Assembly: GCF_964204645.1 (NCBI RefSeq)
Contig: NC_134031.1
Coordinates: forward strand, 12,588,088-12,652,087
From: Tubulanus polymorphus
Lineage: Eukaryota; Animalia; Nemertea
DNA: 64,000 bases
Direction: 5' to 3'
Positions 61,571-64,000 of this stretch are shown piece after piece; position 1 is the stretch's first letter, and each line of letters opens with the position of its first letter. The translations under genes were made by a program, and so were the position numbers. Under the pieces are notes generated by a model. That model was not told where the DNA came from, searched no databases, and worked only from the letters and a program-made list of their open reading frames with translations.

Positions 61571-64000
61571 GAGTATTCTAGGTTCTTCCTTCTCTTACTC
61601 ATCAGTATTGCCATAATTCTACATCTTTGTCATGATTGTGTTGTAGAACCCTGCAGCAGCTGCTTTGGTAGTAGATCGTCATGTGTTTGAATCTGATATT
61701 GATGAACCTGACGTTAATCACCAATAATTGAAAATGAGTTAAGCGGAGTCTACTGTAGGATAATTAATAGGAACATTAAATGCAATAACTGGACGTAATA
61801 AGAGTGCACGCGTAAATTTTTGAGTTTTACAAATTTAGTAATGTCATTTTTATGTATTTACACTATACTTAAAAAGTGGATGTGGTCGTTATTGATTTAG
61901 ATTATTTAAATGCATTCATATTCAAAAAGTGTATGGGTTCATTCTAATTCGTTATTCAAGATTCGAGATGATTTAAATGTATTCAACAAAAAACTTATAA
62001 TTATTGTAAAAGAAAAATGTAATAGATTTTCTTATATATATATAATTTGACATTTTCAGCGTCCATTTTATGTGTAGGAAAGGTTTTATTTGGATTTCGA
62101 TAATCGTTCTGGAAATGTTATAAAGATTCCTTTGACAACGTTCATTTAACTTTGTAGTGAAACGTTGGTTTAACAGCTAAAAAACTTAACAAATGGATGT
62201 TATACAAACGTTCTGGTAACGTTTTATTCAAACGTTACAATGTTGTAATTAAACCTTCTTATAACGTCCATTTAACGTTTATTTGCTACCTGTATACTGT
62301 ACTTAGCATTGCTACAATTGGGTGCCATATTTCTACAATTTCTACAAGGAGGAAGGAATCTTTAAGTGTCTTTGTTCCCGGGTAGGGTACGGGGTAAAAC
62401 CTGGTTTACTTTCTCTTTCGACTTGCCGGAGACTACTATCTGTAATGTATAGCATGCTTTGATGTGTCTGGCCTATAGGAGTCGAACGATATTTTTTTCC
62501 CATACACAGGCTTGGCTTTAGTGTAGATGAAGGCTAGGCACTGCACATTGTGGATTGACTGGAACTCTTAACTCACAAAATTAAACGAGTCAACAAGAAA
62601 GATCCAATAATTGGACATTTGTCTAACTATATTATTTAACAGCTTGAAATAATACATAACACATTCTGCAAGAGTATACAAAGGAAATCAGTTCTTACAT
62701 TATATCAGAATCAATAGTTCACTTAACTCTGGCTAGAATTCTGGTTCCATTGCTTCATATTCTAATGAAATCCACTAGTATACCTTAGAATATCGCTTAG
62801 CTTAAGACTAAAAATTTGGTACCAGGAAACAGGGAAGAAAAGTGGGTGTACTGTACATCCGCAATTGACTTATTTCTCTCTGGTTGAATCAAGTTATTAT
62901 TGAAATAGCATTCGAATAGCCATTTTATTTTTAAAAATTGTGTCGTTCAGCTATCCTGCTGCAAATTTCGCAGTTGAAGTTTACTGGTGCCATCTGATTT
63001 CTCAGTATCTCAAAAAATTTGCACATTCTAAGCCTGAATCTAAAAATAGAAAAAGGTGCATTTTAGTCGGATATAAAAGAATAGTGGCTAATACACCCTG
63101 GACTATATAGCCTATGGGGTGGGCCTAGTTTGAAAGCACTGAGGTCCGAGAGAACAGCACTTAGTAAATAAATACTGAAATTAAACTTACAAAACACCCA
63201 GTACTTGAGATGATGTACTTGACAAGAAGTGTCACCAGCTAAGCAAATCAACTTTGTCTATGACTCCTCCTTTTATAGATTCAGTAATAGTCTAAAAATA
63301 AGAATCGGTACATTTTTCTAACAGTTGGTATGTCATTTCTTCAAAAAAACTAATTATTATCACGCCACAGCAAATAAATTATTCACAGTTGTTGAATGGT
63401 TAGCCCGATTTAGATTAATTGGTTGACGCTAATCAGTATGACCCATACGTAGGGGCCTACTGCATGCCATTGGCGTCAATCCATTCCATTCCATTCCACA
63501 GTGAATTAAAAGGAAATTTAGTTAGATCCCTTTTGTCCAAAAGCTGCATCATTTATATAACTAGCTGTCAAATTTAATTTACCTCCTTCAGAGAATACCA
63601 TAGTGACATAGTCCGTCGCCCATCAACTTCAACGTGTTGACAAAAGAAAAGTTGCTCCATGTTTTATACATGAACGTTCAAATAAGATATTTTGCGTCTT
63701 GCAGGGAATATTGAGCATAGTGTTTAAGTTGGCTTGCACGGTTTGTGAATGGGTTTTCCTCATTATGCTGCCTGTATGCATTAAAAATCCGGATTTCAAG
63801 CGAATTAATTTGTCCAAAAAGTGCAAAAGGTAGAAAGTTTCTAATGTCCGATCGACAGTACCGGTAGCGCCGCTACTTAGCAATAATAAGAACTAATGTT
63901 ATTGACGATGTTTTGTTAAGTGGAAAGACGCCGAGTACCAGTATATATCCGATAGGTTCGAATCCCCAATTTCTTCGGGATGATTTGATTTTAAGATAGC

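Overview
Eukaryotic (invertebrate-type), repeat-rich genomic DNA. The left ~10 kb holds five coding exons of the host DEAD-box helicase DDX39/UAP56 (minus strand, running off the left edge). The centre is a complete 19,096-bp Maverick/Polinton-type endogenous virus (25268-44363). It has a 6-bp GCCACC target-site duplication and 378-bp TIRs, and encodes protein-primed PolB, RVE integrase-chromodomain, packaging ATPase, major and minor capsid proteins, an HNH nuclease and several membrane proteins. It appears to have inserted into a Helentron-like element (~22151-48781) carrying a spliced gene with two deubiquitinase domains. That element in turn lies between two diverged copies of a ~5.5-kb repeat. 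Most notable: (i) the Maverick's intronless genes are preceded by two classes of fixed-spacing motif resembling poxvirus post-replicative promoters (TAATTTTTTT-N9/10-ATG ending in TAAATG for structural genes; an A-tract class for replication/accessory genes); (ii) each TIR starts with a 207-bp foldback hairpin; (iii) no adenain-like maturation protease was recognised, but there are about six membrane proteins. Together these suggest, as an inference, a virophage-like Polinton transcribed by a cytoplasmic pox-like helper virus. This copy carries four frame lesions. All protein calls are from motif recognition by eye; no database searches were run.
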